From contig NEEC01000016.1 of assembly GCA_002189035.1 (NCBI GenBank), forward strand, positions 2,542,001-2,606,000: 64,000 bases of DNA. Direction: 5' to 3'. The stretch comes from Utricularia gibba. Its lineage: Eukaryota; Plantae; Magnoliophyta. This document shows, one piece after another, positions 39,887 to 53,460 of the stretch (position 1 is its first letter; each line of letters begins with the position of its first letter). The notes beneath the pieces were generated by a model. It worked only from the letters and a program-made list of their open reading frames with translations, was not told the DNA's origin and searched no databases. A program made the position numbers and the translations under genes.

Positions 39887-41802
39887 AAGCATGCGTAAGG
39901 AATACCTAAGCATAGATGTCATTCAACCTAGGAAGCATGATATGGGGCGGACTCAACAGATAAAAGCACAAGCATAGAAAATAAAACATACGAAAAGTTG
40001 TCCAAATACGGTAACGAAAGATAGTTCGTTTAATAGAGAAGAGCTCCTTCCCCACACTTAATTCTAAGGATGTCCTCATCATCAAGCATGGTGGAGGGTA
40101 CCTTGTCATCAAGCATGATGGCACTGCAAAGAGGTGACCAAGGTGTCCAGTTTGGACGACAATGTGGTGATCTGGTGCTGCAGATCTTGAAGAGCCAGCA
40201 GGAGTGTGCGTTTGTCCAGAGATGCAGGGGCAGCCGTTAGAGGAGTCACCATATGGTTCTACAATGGTGTGCGGCATCACGGTGGTCTTACTCTTCGTCC
40301 CAGCTTGGACGAAAACGGCACGGCCTCCAGCTTCCTTGAGGTAACTGCACTGAAAAAGATCAACTAAATCAAGGTATCACAAATGGGCGTCTACCTTAGG
40401 TGTGCTGGCAATGAGGTCCATATTAAGATGCATCGCGAGCTTAGTGATGAGGGATGCGAATGGAAGCACTCGTTCGCTACGCGATGCTACACGATTCATG
40501 TGCATAGCAATCTACCAGCCAAGGTTGATTAGGATCTTCTTCATCATGGCCCAGAGGAAGAACACTACCACCTTGGAGACCACACTGGTGCCTTGGCGAG
40601 TGGCAGAATAGCATCCTCCGAGATACCTGTTCAAAACTAACAGCGCAGGAGCCCTCAAGTGATAGGCCTTGAGTTTGGAACTAAGAAAGGGTGGTTCACA
40701 CACAGACATGGAACCATAATCGCAGCAGGCTTGCAAATAACGAGCAGAAGTAAGTTCAGTTTCAGACATCAAGCCAAGTGCAACATTAAAATCATTAACA
40801 GAGAGTTCAAAATCTTTCCCACCCAGCCGAAAGGAAATGAGGGGTTCAGCAATAGGGTTCCCTTCCACATCATTAAAAGCAAAAGTAGCATAGAACTCGA
40901 AAACTAATTTTTGGGAAAACAGGAAGTTCAATTTCGGAAAGCCAACGCCATTCGGGTGAAAACTCAAACATACGGTTAATGTCATTTGTCAAATTCAGAT
41001 GTGCTAACGTAGGAGCATGTAGACGGAAGGCAAACAAAATACGGCGACTAGTTAAAGCATTGAAAAGGGCTTGGGATTTCTTGTTTGGAAACCTTACAGT
41101 GTTCCGGAGTTCGGTCTAGGCAGGAGACTCCAGTAAGCAGTCTTGCCAGAATTTTTGTCGCCCACGTTGTCCTTTGCCACGCTGCCTGCTTGTTTGGCCA
41201 GCGTTGATGGCTTGCTCCCTGTCTTGGAATGTTAGTGGTGGTCCTTCGTTAGCGGCTCCATGCATTGCTGCAATCAAGAAATCCACTTCAGAATCAATAT
41301 CATCATCCTCACCTTCCCCTTCCTCCTGAGGTGAGCGTCTGTGTTCAGCAGCTGGTGGACTAGCTTCCTCTTTCACTTCTGTGTCCCCATCTTCTTCCTC
41401 CAGGTCGTCCAGTCGGAAATCTTCATCGGAGCTGTCGGTATGATCCTTGGGTGCAACTGGGTCTTACTCCGGTGTCTCCTCTACAACAGGTTCTCGTGTG
41501 GCTTCTCTCTCCTGGGCTGCAGCGGGCATTTCCTGGTCTGCCGAAGAATCCGCGTCTTTCTATGGATGGTACAAAACAGGAGGGAGTTCAGCTAAAGGGA
41601 CTTGTGAAAATAGTGGAGAAATCTCCCAGGATGAAGTTTTTGGTGGAGGCACAAACTGGCGTTTGTGAGGTCTGGGTGAGGGCGAAGCAGAATGCTGTCG
41701 GTTCCTCCGTGATGGACCTTCAGTGGCGGCCTTGCGTTGCCTAGCTGTGCTGGGTTTCCTAACAGGGGTACGAAGAGATGAAGCAGAGGATGTTCCCTTC
41801 AT
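39887..41802 (-). pseudogene. Athila 3' accessory ORF (ATHILA ORF1/env-like), degenerate
   Basis: EFYATF...ISFRLGG...FNVALGL...SKLKAYHLRAPAL...FLWAM, preceded by a basic/acidic N-terminus starting MKGTSS at 41802. Confidence 0.7.
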
Positions 41803-41815
41803 GGCTAGTGGTTAC

Positions 41816-42404
41816 TGATGTGACCCTCTAATCTATAGAGATTAGCAACCCACAAAAAAGAGGTGATTTTGAAACTTAGAAGAGAACCCACCCAAGTCTA
41901 CCCTCAAGAGAATAAATCTCTTGCAACCAGACTTCGAAACAAAGAAAATTAGGAGCCACACTTCAGAAAAGAGAGATTGATTGGAAGTGATAATCCTAGA
42001 ACGCCACAAGCTCAAAGCTTGATAACTTAAGAGTGTTCAAGCACTCAAAGGAGAGGGGAATCCTCACAAGATACATCCTGAATTAGTACATCTCTAGAGT
42101 ATTTATACTCTAGAATTGGGCTCTAACATTACATAGTCCAAACTAAATGAAATAGAAAAGTCTAACAAGCCCAATGCTCTAAGTTAAGTCCATCTTCAAG
42201 TAGTTGAGCTCTTTTGATGGGATGTCTTCAAGCCCATGTTTGATTCCAATGGTATTGAGTAGACCCTTAAGTGTATCTTCAACCATCTTTTTCTTGCTCC
42301 TAGTCATTGGTCCTGGTGGAATCATCTTTCTTTCTAATTTGTTCACTTGAACAAACTCCTCATCATTCTTCAAATACACTTCATTATCTTCTTGGGGCTC
42401 ATTA
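41816..42404 (-). mobile_element. CRM solo LTR with perfect 5-bp TSD GTTAC
   Basis: GTTAC at 41811-41815 and 42405-42409; contains GPMTRSKKK. Confidence 0.9.
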
Positions 42405-42769
42405 GTTACGATGGGTCGCAAGGGTGAGGAAGAAGGTAAACTGGTAATCGGCAGAAGAGGGGAATGCCTTACGGAAAAGTGGGGAAAGTGATAGAAGTAG
42501 TGGTGTGAATGGGAAATGGGTAGTTATGGTGAGAGGAGGGTCCCAAGGAGGATAATCATGGGGGAAAGGAAAGCAAAATTTTAATGTCTTTCGGTAATGA
42601 TGTGTGGGATAGTGTGTAATCCCAACAGAATCCTAGGGAACCTCCAACGTCCGACAAAACTAAAAAAGGAAAGAGAAAATTAACTCATTGGTTGCCTCCC
42701 GTGCAGCGCCAATTTAAAGTCGTTGGCCGACTTGGTATGCTACTGATAATCCTCAATTAAGAGCAAACA

Positions 42770-43965
42770 TCAAGCTGTTTGCGGCTGAAAGTTCTCATAA
42801 TACGGTTTCAACCTATGGCCATTGACCTTGAAACATTTCCCTGTCTCATAAGAACGTATAACAACAGCACCATAAGGGAAAACATGTGAAACTTCATAAG
42901 GTCCTTGCCATTTAGATCTCAGTTTTCCAAGAAAAAATTTCAAAGTGGTATTATATAAAAGAACTTTCTGACCAACTCGAAATTTCTTCTCATGCAACTT
43001 ACTGTCATGAAAGTGTTTTACCTTCTCCTTGTAGATCATGTGATTGGAGTAGGCATTCAAGCGGATTTCCTCTAATTCGTTCAGATCAAGTATTCTCTTT
43101 TCTCCTGCTTGATCACTAATCATGTTGCATGCTTTGACGGCCCAGTACGCTTTGTGATAAATCTCCACTGGAAGGTGGCAAGACTTTCCATAGATCATGC
43201 AAAAGGGAGACATTCCAATGGGATTTTTGTATGCTGTGCGGTAGGCCCATAACGCATCATTCAGTCTGAGACTCTAGTCTCTTCTGGTTGGATTCACTGT
43301 TCGTTCCAGGATGTGTTTGATCTCTGGATTTGAGTTTTCAGCCTGTCCATTAGTCTAAGGATGCCTAGCTGTAGAAAGACGATGATGAACTCCAAATTTT
43401 GTTAGCATAGCGCTTATGACATGGTTCACGAAGTGAGTACCTCGATCAGAAAAGAGAATCTTAGGATAACCGAACCTAGGGAAAATGTGAGAAGTCAAGA
43501 AATAGCTTACAGTCCTCGCGTCATCTTTCTCACATGCCCTGGCCTCGACCCACTTAGAAACGTAATCAACAGCAAGAAGGATATAAACCTTTCCCTTTAA
43601 TGAAGGGAATGGTCCCATGAAGTTAATACCCCAAGCATCGAAAATTTCACACATCACGATGGGCTGAAGTGGTATTTGGTAATTGGGGCATGCCTTGCAA
43701 TCAAGGTATGCATCTCAGAAAAGAGTAGGCCAATAGAAGCCAGCTTCCAAGACCTTGTTAACTGTGATCTTGGGACCAAAATGACCCCCACAAGACAGTT
43801 CATGACAATGAGTAAGAATTTAGGGTTTGATCAGGCCCAATCTTCCACAGGTATGGGTCATCCCAAATGTAGTGCATACTGTCACTTCGCAACTTCTCCT
43901 ATTGATGAGGCTGGAAGTCTTACGGGAAATGGCATGTTACAAGAAAATTCACAATGTCTGCGTAC
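42770..43965 (-). pseudogene. Athila integrase, second subfamily
   Basis: [32 protein letters not shown]...[11 protein letters not shown]. Confidence 0.9.
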
Positions 43966-44159
43966 TGTTGGAGATCAATCTCAATCCAAAGTTTGAAGGT
44001 GATTGGAAGCACTAATCTTGTGTCATAATGTTATATTTCAGATAAAAGGTGTTGAGTTCGAGCATGGAAGTGTTGGATTCGAGTTGTTGGGCTTTTTGTG
44101 TGTTTTCAATAATTGTGGCCCACTGTTGGGTAACCTAGGTATTGGGTATATATAAACCC
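43966..44159 (+). mobile_element. partial copia LTR (U3 to TATA) directly followed by another LTR
   Basis: TGTTGGAGATC at 43966 and again at 44160. Confidence 0.88.
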
Positions 44160-47100
44160 TGTTGGAGATCAGCCTCAATCCAAAGTTTGAAGGTGATTGG
44201 AAGCACTAATCTTGTGTCATAATGTTATATTTCAGATTAAAAAGGTGTTGAGTTCGAGCATGGAAGTGTTGGATTCGAGTTGTTGGGCTTTTTGTGTGTT
44301 TTCAATAATTGTGGCCCACTTGGGTATATATAAACCCTACTAGGAATGCGTGAATAAGGGTTTTGGTCATTCTTATTGTTCATGAGTCGTTTTTCATCCA
44401 AGGTGATCTCAGAAGTATTACCTTTTTGTTACTTCTCAAGACTCTCTTTTTCTTGCATCAACATGGTATCAGAGCAGTAAGGTTCTCAAACCTGTGCTCG
44501 TTTCAGTATTTTATTTACCGTTCAGCGTTTTTTACTTGGTGGATTACAAAGTATCAACCCAAAGCTTTTGAAGCGGTGGCTATGATGGCATCTGGTAGAG
44601 GACCTCCAATATTTGATGGTTCAGGGTATGGAAGCTGGGTCAAAAATATGCGCAACTACCTGCGGGTCAGAAAGATTTGGGATGTTGTCGAAAGGGAGAT
44701 TCCGGCGATTACAATAACAAGCAAATACACATCAGAACAGCAAGAGCCACCTGAATATCTTCAACAGAGAAAAGATGAAGTAATGGATGCCTTGTATCAA
44801 GCCATCTCTGAACATCTATTTGATAATATTGCAGAGTGTCAATCAGCAAAAGAAATATGGGATACTCTCAAATCCCATTATGAAGGTGATGCCAAACTGA
44901 GAGAAATATTATGCAAAAACAAGTTGGAGGACTTTGAGAGGAACAAAATGTTAGACAATGAAACCATACAAGTCTATTATGAACGTACTGCGAAGCTTGT
45001 GAAGGAGATTCGAGGATTGGGGAAACAACTTGAGGATCAAAAGGTGATTAGCAAGGCAATCATGAGCCTACCTGCAAGATTCGAGCCAAAGTTATGTGCA
45101 CTTGAGACAGAAAGAAGAATCCTTGACATTATTGAAGGAAAGCTCCATCAGTTATATCCTGAATATCCTGTTACACCAGAGCCAACATTTAGAGAGTTCA
45201 TGATTGAGTTGCAATCTACAAAAAAGAGATTGGAGCTAAGAGATGGTTATGAAGTTGAGAAAACTTATGGTGAAGCTGCTCTCCTCACCAAAATGCAGAA
45301 TATGAATATAAACTCAGGTGCAATTAACAATGTCAAGGATGTCAAATCAACAGCCATCAAACAATCACCAACGTCAATCCCCACATCAACGATGGGCAAT
45401 CAGAAGTGCAGGCATTGTGACAAATCCAACCATAAGAGTGAAGATTGTTGGACTTTAAGCACAAATGCTTGCAAGCATTGTAACAAACAGAATCACAGGA
45501 GTGAGTTTTGTTGGTGGAAGCCTGATGCTTTGTGCACGAAATGCAATCAAAGAGGCCATCTTGACAAGGTATGTGGAATGTCAAATCCAATAAAAGTTGA
45601 GCATAACAAGAAGGCTACTTCCAGGGAAGAGAAATCACATGCATCCTTTACCTACTTTGAAGATGAGCCAGAAATATCTTTTGAAGATCCTTTTGAGTAT
45701 GAGTGTGCTCTAATGACAGTAGCCTCAGATGCTAAAGGCTGGTACTTGGACTCTGGCGCCTCCTATCATGTATGTTGTGATACAAGGTCATTTCTCAAGC
45801 TTGAAAGGATTGGGAAGGAGGTAAGCACGTGCACTGGTGAAAATATTGGCATTGTGGGCAAAGGAAGCATTTTACTCTTGCTAAAAGAAGGAATTGTTCA
45901 AGTTGGTGATGTTTATTATTCACCAAACCTCAAACAGAACCTGTTGAGCTTTGGCCAATTGAGCAGGCAAGGTTTTGACATTGAGCTGATGAAAGATGCT
46001 GGTGGTATAACCACTACAGTTAAGGTTGCTGATCCAAAAACGAAGATTGAATTCCATGCTGTGTTGACCACCTACAACCTCTACCAAATCATGGTCAGTG
46101 ATCATAAAAGTTGTATTTTCTCACTTCAAGATCAAAGCAGCCTTTGGCACAAATGTTTTGGGCACTATAATTTCAACAATCTGAAAATATTGCAGAAGAA
46201 TAAGGATGTACTGGAATTGAAAGACATCAAGTTTGCTAATGCCATACGTGAAGTGTGTCATCAAGGTAAACAGTGTAGAAAGCCCTATTATTCCAGTGAT
46301 TCAGTAGCAAAGGAGAAATTAGAGCTTGTGCATACAGATGTTTGTGGTGTTGATGCAAGAAAAAGAGTCTTGGGAAGTAACAAAAAGGTAATGCTTCTGA
46401 CATTCAACTTGGAGAAACTTATTGTAGGAGCCTTGTTTCTTTTGCTTCTTGACATATCAAGGATTGTTCTGTCAGATATACCATTCTGTTGTGGAGAATA
46501 TGGTACGGTGAATTGATGCATGATTCCCTCATTTTCACAGAACATTCTCATGCTATTATTGTAGAATTCGCCTCCATTGTCTGATCTAATCATCTTCAAA
46601 GAGCATCCACTCTGATTCTCAACCATCACTTTGAATTTTCGAAAGATATGAGGAACTTCTAACTTGCTTTTAAGAAAGTAAACCCAACAATAACGTGAAT
46701 AATCATCAATGAATGTAACAAAGTATCTACTCCCCCTAATGAACATTCCTTAAATGGTCCACAAACATCTGTATGCACAAGCTCTAATTTCTCCTTTGCT
46801 ACTGAATCACTGGAATAATAGGGCTTTCTACACTGTTTACCTTGATGACACACTTCACGTATGGCATTAGCAAACTTGATGTCTTTCAATTCCAGTACAT
46901 CCTTATTCTTCTGCAATATTTTCAGATTGTTGAAATTATAGTGCCCAAAACATTTGTGCCAAAGGCTGCTTTGATCTTGAAGTGAGAAAATACAACTTTT
47001 ATGATCACTGACCATGATTTGGTAGAGGTTGTAGGTGGTCAACACAGCATGGAATTCAATCTTCGTTTTTGGATCAGCAACCTTAACTGTAGTGGTTATA

Positions 47101-48944
47101 CCACCAGCATCTTTCATCAGCTCAATGTCAAAACCTTGCCTGCTCAATTGGCCAAAGCTCAACAGGTTCTGTTTGAGGTTTGGTGAATAATAAACATCAC
47201 CAACTTGAACAATTCCTTCTTTTAGCAAGAGTAAAATGCTTCCTTTGCCCACAATGCCAATATTTTCACCAGTGCACGTGCTTACCTCCTTCCCAATCCT
47301 TTCAAGCTTGAGAAATGACCTTGTATCACAACATACATGATAGGAGGCGCCAGAGTCCAAGTACCAGCCTTTAGCATCTGAGGCTACTGTCATTAGAGCA
47401 CACTCATACTCAAAAGGATCTTCAAAAGATATTTCTGGCTCATCTTCAAAGTAGGTAAAGGATGCATGTGATTTCTCTTCCCTGGAAGTAGCCTTCTTGT
47501 TATGCTCAACTTTTATTGGATTTGACATTCCACATACCTTGTCAAGATGGCCTCTTTGATTGCATTTCGTGCACAAAGCATCAGGCTTCCACCAACAAAA
47601 CTCACTCCTGTGATTCTGTTTGTTACAATGCTTGCAAGCATTTGTGCTTAAAGTCCAACAATCTTCACTCTTATGGTTGGATTTGTCACAATGCCTGCAC
47701 TTCTGATTGCCCATCGTTGATGTGGGGATTGACGTTGGTGATTGTTTGATGGCTGTTGATTTGACATCCTTGACATTGTTAATTGCACCTGAGTTTATAT
47801 TCATATTCTGCATTTTGGTGAGGAGAGCAGCTTCACCATAAGTTTTCTCAACTTCATAACCATCTCTTAGCTCCAATCTCTTTTTTGTAGATTGCAACTC
47901 AATCATGAACTCTCTAAATGTTGGCTCTGGTGTAACAGGATATTCAGGATATAACTGATGGAGCTTTCCTTCAATAATGTCAAGGATTCTTCTTTCTGTC
48001 TCAAGTGCACATAACTTTGGCTCGAATCTTGCAGGTAGGCTCATGATTGCCTTGCTAATCACCTTTTGATCCTCAAGTTGTTTCCCCAATCCTCGAATCT
48101 CCTTCACAAGCTTCGCAGTACGTTCATAATAGACTTGTATGGTTTCATTGTCTAACATTTTGTTCCTCTCAAAGTCCTCCAACTTGTTTTTGCATAATAT
48201 TTCTCTCAGTTTGGCATCACCTTCATAATGGGATTTGAGAGTATCCCATATTTCTTTTGCTGATTGACACTCTGCAATATTATCAAATAGATGTTCAGAG
48301 ATGGCTTGATACAAGGCATCCATTACTTCATCTTTTCTCTGTTGAAGATATTCAGGTGGCTCTTGCTGTTCTGATGTGTATTTGCTTGTTATTGTAATCG
48401 CCGGAATCTCCCTTTCGACAACATCCCAAATCTTTCTGACCCGCAGGTAGTTGCGCATATTTTTGACCCAGCTTCCATACCCTGAACCATCAAATATTGG
48501 AGGTCCTCTACCAGATGCCATCATAGCCACCGCTTCAAAAGCTTTGGGTTGATACTTTGTAATCCACCAAGTAAAAAACGCTGAACGGTAAATAAAATAC
48601 TGAAACGAGCACAGGTTTGAGAACCTTACTGCTCTGATACCATGTTGATGCAAGAAAAAGAGAGTCTTGAGAAGTAACAAAAAGGTAATACTTCTGAGAT
48701 CACCTTGGATGAAAAACGACTCATGAACAATAAGAATGACCAAAACCCTTATTCACGCATTCCTAGTAGGGTTTATATATACCCAAGTGGGCCACAATTA
48801 TTGAAAACACACAAAAAGCCCAACAACTCGAATCCAACACTTCCATGCTCGAACTCAACACTTTTTATCTGAAATATAACATTATGACACAAGATTAGTG
48901 CTTCCAATCACCTTCAAACTTTGGATTGAGGCTGATCTCCAACA
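44160..48944. repeat. copia foldback: 2.19-kb inverted arms with a 411-bp spacer
   Basis: 44160-46347 (+) matches 46759-48944 (-); the gag-PR-INT translations over the arms are identical. Confidence 0.93.
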
Positions 48945-49241
48945 TAGAGATGTTCTATTTCAGGACTTTTAGTCATTTTTCATGTATGTGGTGAGGATTC
49001 TCCTCCTCTTTGAGTGCTTGTACCCTCTTAACTTATCAAGCTTTGAGCTTGTGGCATTCTAGGATTATCACTTCCAATCCCTTCTCTTTTCTGAAGTGTG
49101 GCTCCTAATTTTCTTAGTTTCGAAGTCTGGTTGCATGAGATTCATTCTCTTGAGGGTAGACTTGGGTAGGTTAATTTCTAAGCTTCAGAATCATCGCCTG
49201 TTTGTGGGTTGCTAATCTCAATAGATTAGAGGGTCACATCA
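48945..49241 (+). mobile_element. 3' half of a CRM LTR
   Basis: Ends GATTAGAGGGTCACATCA and abuts the Athila RT GWRM codons. Confidence 0.82.
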
Positions 49242-51973
49242 CATCCTCCAACCATTCTGCACTCTTGTGGGAATAAGTTCCCTTTGTTCATTGTTCATCA
49301 CTGTAATACCAGTTTTCTTTGGGACAACCTGCATAGGGCTAACCCACTCACTTTCAGATATAGGATAAATGATACCTGCGGATAACAGCTTCAAAATCTC
49401 TTTCTTGACTCCTTCCACCATTGGGGGGTTCAGTCTCCTCTGTGGCTATCGAAATGGCTTCGTCCCATCCTCTAGGTAAATCCTGTGAGTGTAAATAGAA
49501 GGGCTGATTCCCTTGATGTCAGAAGTCCAACCAATTGCTTGTTTATGCTCTTGAAGCACAACCTTAAGCTTCTCCTCCTGTTTTAAGGTTTGTAAACTAG
49601 AAACAATAACGGGTAGGGTCTCATCATCACCAAGAAACAAATATTTCAAATGTTCGGGCAAAGTCTTTAACTCTAATGATGGTGCTCGAATAACAGAAGG
49701 CACTAGCAGCTCGCTAGGTGTTTCCAAGCTAAGAAAAGAAACATCTTGCACATGAGGTTCGTTGGGTGGATCATCTGAATGATTAAAGACTTCAAGTTCA
49801 GCACGAGGAAAGTCTTCAGATTGAGAAATTTCCGTGTCTAGATCAGATTCGGGCACTTGTTCATGAATCATTGCATAGGGATATGTGTCAGTTTCGCATG
49901 CGGAGATTGCATGTATCTCATTGATCTGTTCAGGATGCTTCATGGCTTTGTCAATACTGAATTCCATCACCTGTACATCGAACTGAAGACTGATGGTGCC
50001 TGCTTGAACTGATCTTTGTTTTTGCAGTAGCCATGAATGGTTGTCCCAAAATAATGGACTCTGAAACCTTAGGGTTATCACTTTCCATGAGAATAACCAA
50101 AAAGTCAGTTGGAAAAACTAAATCCTTAACATGAACAAAAACATCTTCAATTCTACCATATGGTGTAACTTGTGATCTATCTGCTAATTGACATACAACA
50201 TTCGTCGGTTCAAGTTTGCCTAACTTAGATGCAAGAGACAAATAAAGAGATCTAGGCATAACGTTAACCGAAGCACCAAGATCACACATAGCTACTGAAA
50301 TCTTTGTATTTCCAATGGTAACGGGAATTGAAAACATACCGGGATCCTTACACTTACACGGCATTCTCCTTTGAATGATGGCTGAAATGTTTTCAGTCAA
50401 AGTGATTACTTCTTTTTCCACCTTTGCTTTCTTCTTCGGGTTACATAGGTCCTTCAACAACTTGGCATACTTGAGGACCTGTTCAATCATATCAAGAAGA
50501 GGAATAGAAACATTAACCTTCTTCATCATTTCCATAAAAGTTTTCAGTCCTTTCTTGTCCTTGTTCCTTCTTCGAAGCCTCATCAGGAAGGGTGGCGGTA
50601 TGACCAATGGCTTGGTCTGAGGAATTTCGCTTGCCTCCTTCTCTTGAACATCCTCAGGTGGCTTCGGAATATCATTGTTCTGCACTGGTGAGTCATCTAG
50701 GTCGTCACCAATGATTTCTTCATCAACATCAAAATCACTGTCTATGACCTCTAGCTCCTTTTCTTCGGACCTATCTACCTTGTTTGTGAACCATGGGTAA
50801 GGGTCTGGTAGGTCAGTTCCACTTCTCAGTGAGATGGCATTTTGTGTTCTGGATTCTGCACTGGTTGTGATGGCAATCCTCCCTTTGTTTCCAGACGATT
50901 CATTGCTTGTGCAAGCTGAGTAATCTGGCCTTGAATACTTGTGATTTGGCCCTTCATGTCTTTCTGCTCAGCATGCATCTTGGTGGTGCTTTCAGCAACA
51001 GATTTGACCATGGCCTCTAAACTGTGATTCGATTGGTATGGGACCATATGTTGTTCTGGAGGTCCGGTTATCTGCAATGGTGGCCCAGTGATAGTCTTCT
51101 GAGGAATACCAGGTGGGTTCCCTAATGATGGTGCTTGACCAGGGGGTGTTGGCTGTCTCCAGCGAAAACCAGGATGGTCTCTTCGAGGCATTTGATAATT
51201 TCCATAGTTGTACGTCCCACCTTGGTTTTGATACCAGGCATTAATTTCTTCCATTGGCATTTCAGGAGCTCTTGATCCAGTGTCAAAATGAGATGGCATA
51301 GAACTTGAGGTTGCTTGATATCCTTCCTTTTGTTGAAGCAAGGCTTGAAGACCAAACTTCAACGTGTCGCTCATTTCTGCAAGTTGAGCCAATACTTCTG
51401 AGTTGTCCGCTCCATAGACTGCTTTTGCTATTCCAATGCTTCCACCAGGTGGTCTATAGGAGTTGTCATAACGATTGGCTTTGGAATAGGAATTAGCAGC
51501 CATTTATTCAATGAGTCCGCAGGCATTAGCACTGTGACGGTTCGCTAATAATGATCCATTACAAGCGGCATCCATCTGTCCTCGGATCATAGGAGTCAAT
51601 CCTTCATAGAAATGCTGCAAGATCTGGCCTTCAGTGAGTCCATGCTGAGGGTAGGAGTTGCAGATTTGGTTGAAACGATCATAATACTCCTGCAAGTTTT
51701 CTCCTTTACTCTACATCATGGTAGTGAAGGCTCTCCTTCCGGCTAAAGCTCTTCCTAAGGGTGCATAGCGATCCAAGAATTTTTGGACCATCTGCTCCCA
51801 TGTGGCGATAGATGAAGGTGGAAGTCCATAAAGCCACTCCAAAGCCCGTTCGGTAAGACTGAAGGGAAATAATCTAAGCTTGACTTGATTCTCCGTAGTG
51901 CCCTTGGGGCGCATGGATGCACAAGCCGTGTGCAACTCATGTAGATGACGATTGGGGTCGTCATTTTCCTCAA
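49242..51973 (-). pseudogene. Athila gag-protease-RT N-terminus, second subfamily
   Basis: KLRLFPFSL gag, MCDLGASVNVMP protease, LLSAGIIYPISESEWVSP...GWRM RT start. Confidence 0.9.
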
Positions 51974-52642
51974 TGACCCAATGAGTCCAGATACGAGATC
52001 ACTACCTGTCCATTGATCCTGTGGTACGGCCACAGACAAAATGTTGTCTTCTTCCTGCCAAAAGGGCATGAGTTGGTCCTTTCCACCTTGCTCCTCTCCA
52101 AAACCCGCGGGTAGTGATCAGCTTTAATGAAGATGTTATGGGTGAAATCAGTATTCGGTGAGAGGCCGATTTTAGGTGATAGGCACGGTCGGGAATGCCA
52201 CACTTAGTCACCTTCTTCACAGCTAGTACGATTAAAATAAGAGTGCACAAGGATTTTTTTACATGGAAACCGCCGGAGAGCGGAAAAACCACGGAGCTAC
52301 CGGAGCTCGCCGGAAAAGAGTTTCACTAGGTGGATGTCGCGAAAAAGGAGAATACAACTTGAAGAAATCTTTTTTGAGTCCAAGCTCTTTCTTGTCATAA
52401 TTCCGTCTATTTATAGGAGAGCTCACTCTGACCGAATTCTAGTGTTTGCAAACATCGGTTGCTTTCTGCTCCTGCTATACGATCTCGCTTTTCAGGTATC
52501 GGCCGGTTTTCAGGCTATGTCATATGGCCATACCTGTTAGATTTCTGACAGATGTCGATATGTCGTCTGGCGTTATCCCCTCGGGATCTCTTTTGGCAGC
52601 CTTTTGGGAACTGATTACCCTTGGCCGATTTTTCCCTTATCA
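51974..52642 (-). mobile_element. Tat LTR, apparently complete, no TSD
   Basis: Starts TGATAAGGG, contains CCTATAAATAG and ends TGGGTCA. Homologous to 62929-63360. Confidence 0.72.
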
Positions 52643-52989
52643 GAAGATAAGCTAACGAAACATAGATCTGGTGGTATTCCAACCCAGAATCGAAAGTTTC
52701 TAGCCACGAACGGCCAAACAAACTAAAAGAAACGAAACAAAGTTCTAGAGAGAAGCTAGATGAAAAATCCTCAAGAGTGAGAAACAAAAGTCTAAACTAA
52801 ACTGAAGTAAAAACTAAGCTTGTCTGAGCTTTTATATCCCTGTGATTCTACTGAACTTGGGATGACTTGCAAGCAACGTCTGACACTGGTACGCTAATGA
52901 TGCTACCTGTCAGAGACTCCCGTGTTTCACACGTCAAGGCTCATCATTAGGCGTCTGTAGTCTTCTGGAAATCAAGGGAATGTCAGCTC

Positions 52990-53460
52990 GGGAAACTACG
53001 GAGCCAGAGAGGTGGAGCGCCCGCTCCCCTCCCCCCCAAAACTAGAAGGTGTTCCATGGAAAACCATTTAGGTGGCTCGTGACAACCCAAAGTTAATAAA
53101 TGCATCACTTTTTTTGCCGGGCTACAATGACTTTGGGCTCGAGCCTGGTACGACCTCTGGGAAGATTCGAGTGCCCCCGAGAGCGTCTGCACTAGCATAA
53201 AGCGTGTTGTTGAAAAAATCGTGTTGGGTGCACGTGACATCCTAATTTCAACAAATGTGTCACGTTTTTCGCCGAGTGGGACCAGACAAGGCTCATCAGC
53301 CAAACCGAACCCGGGGCCCAAGCCAAGGGCCCCTCGAGAGTGCCCCCCGCAAAACTAGATGGTGTTCCATCAAAAAAAATTAGGCGGCTCATGATAACCC
53401 AAAGTTAAGAAATGCATCAATTTTTTCGCTGGGCTAAAACTGACTTTGGGCTCATGCCTG
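52990..53460. repeat. ~155-bp satellite array 2 (opposite orientation)
   Basis: AAATG anchor at 53098, 53253 and 53410. Confidence 0.85.
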
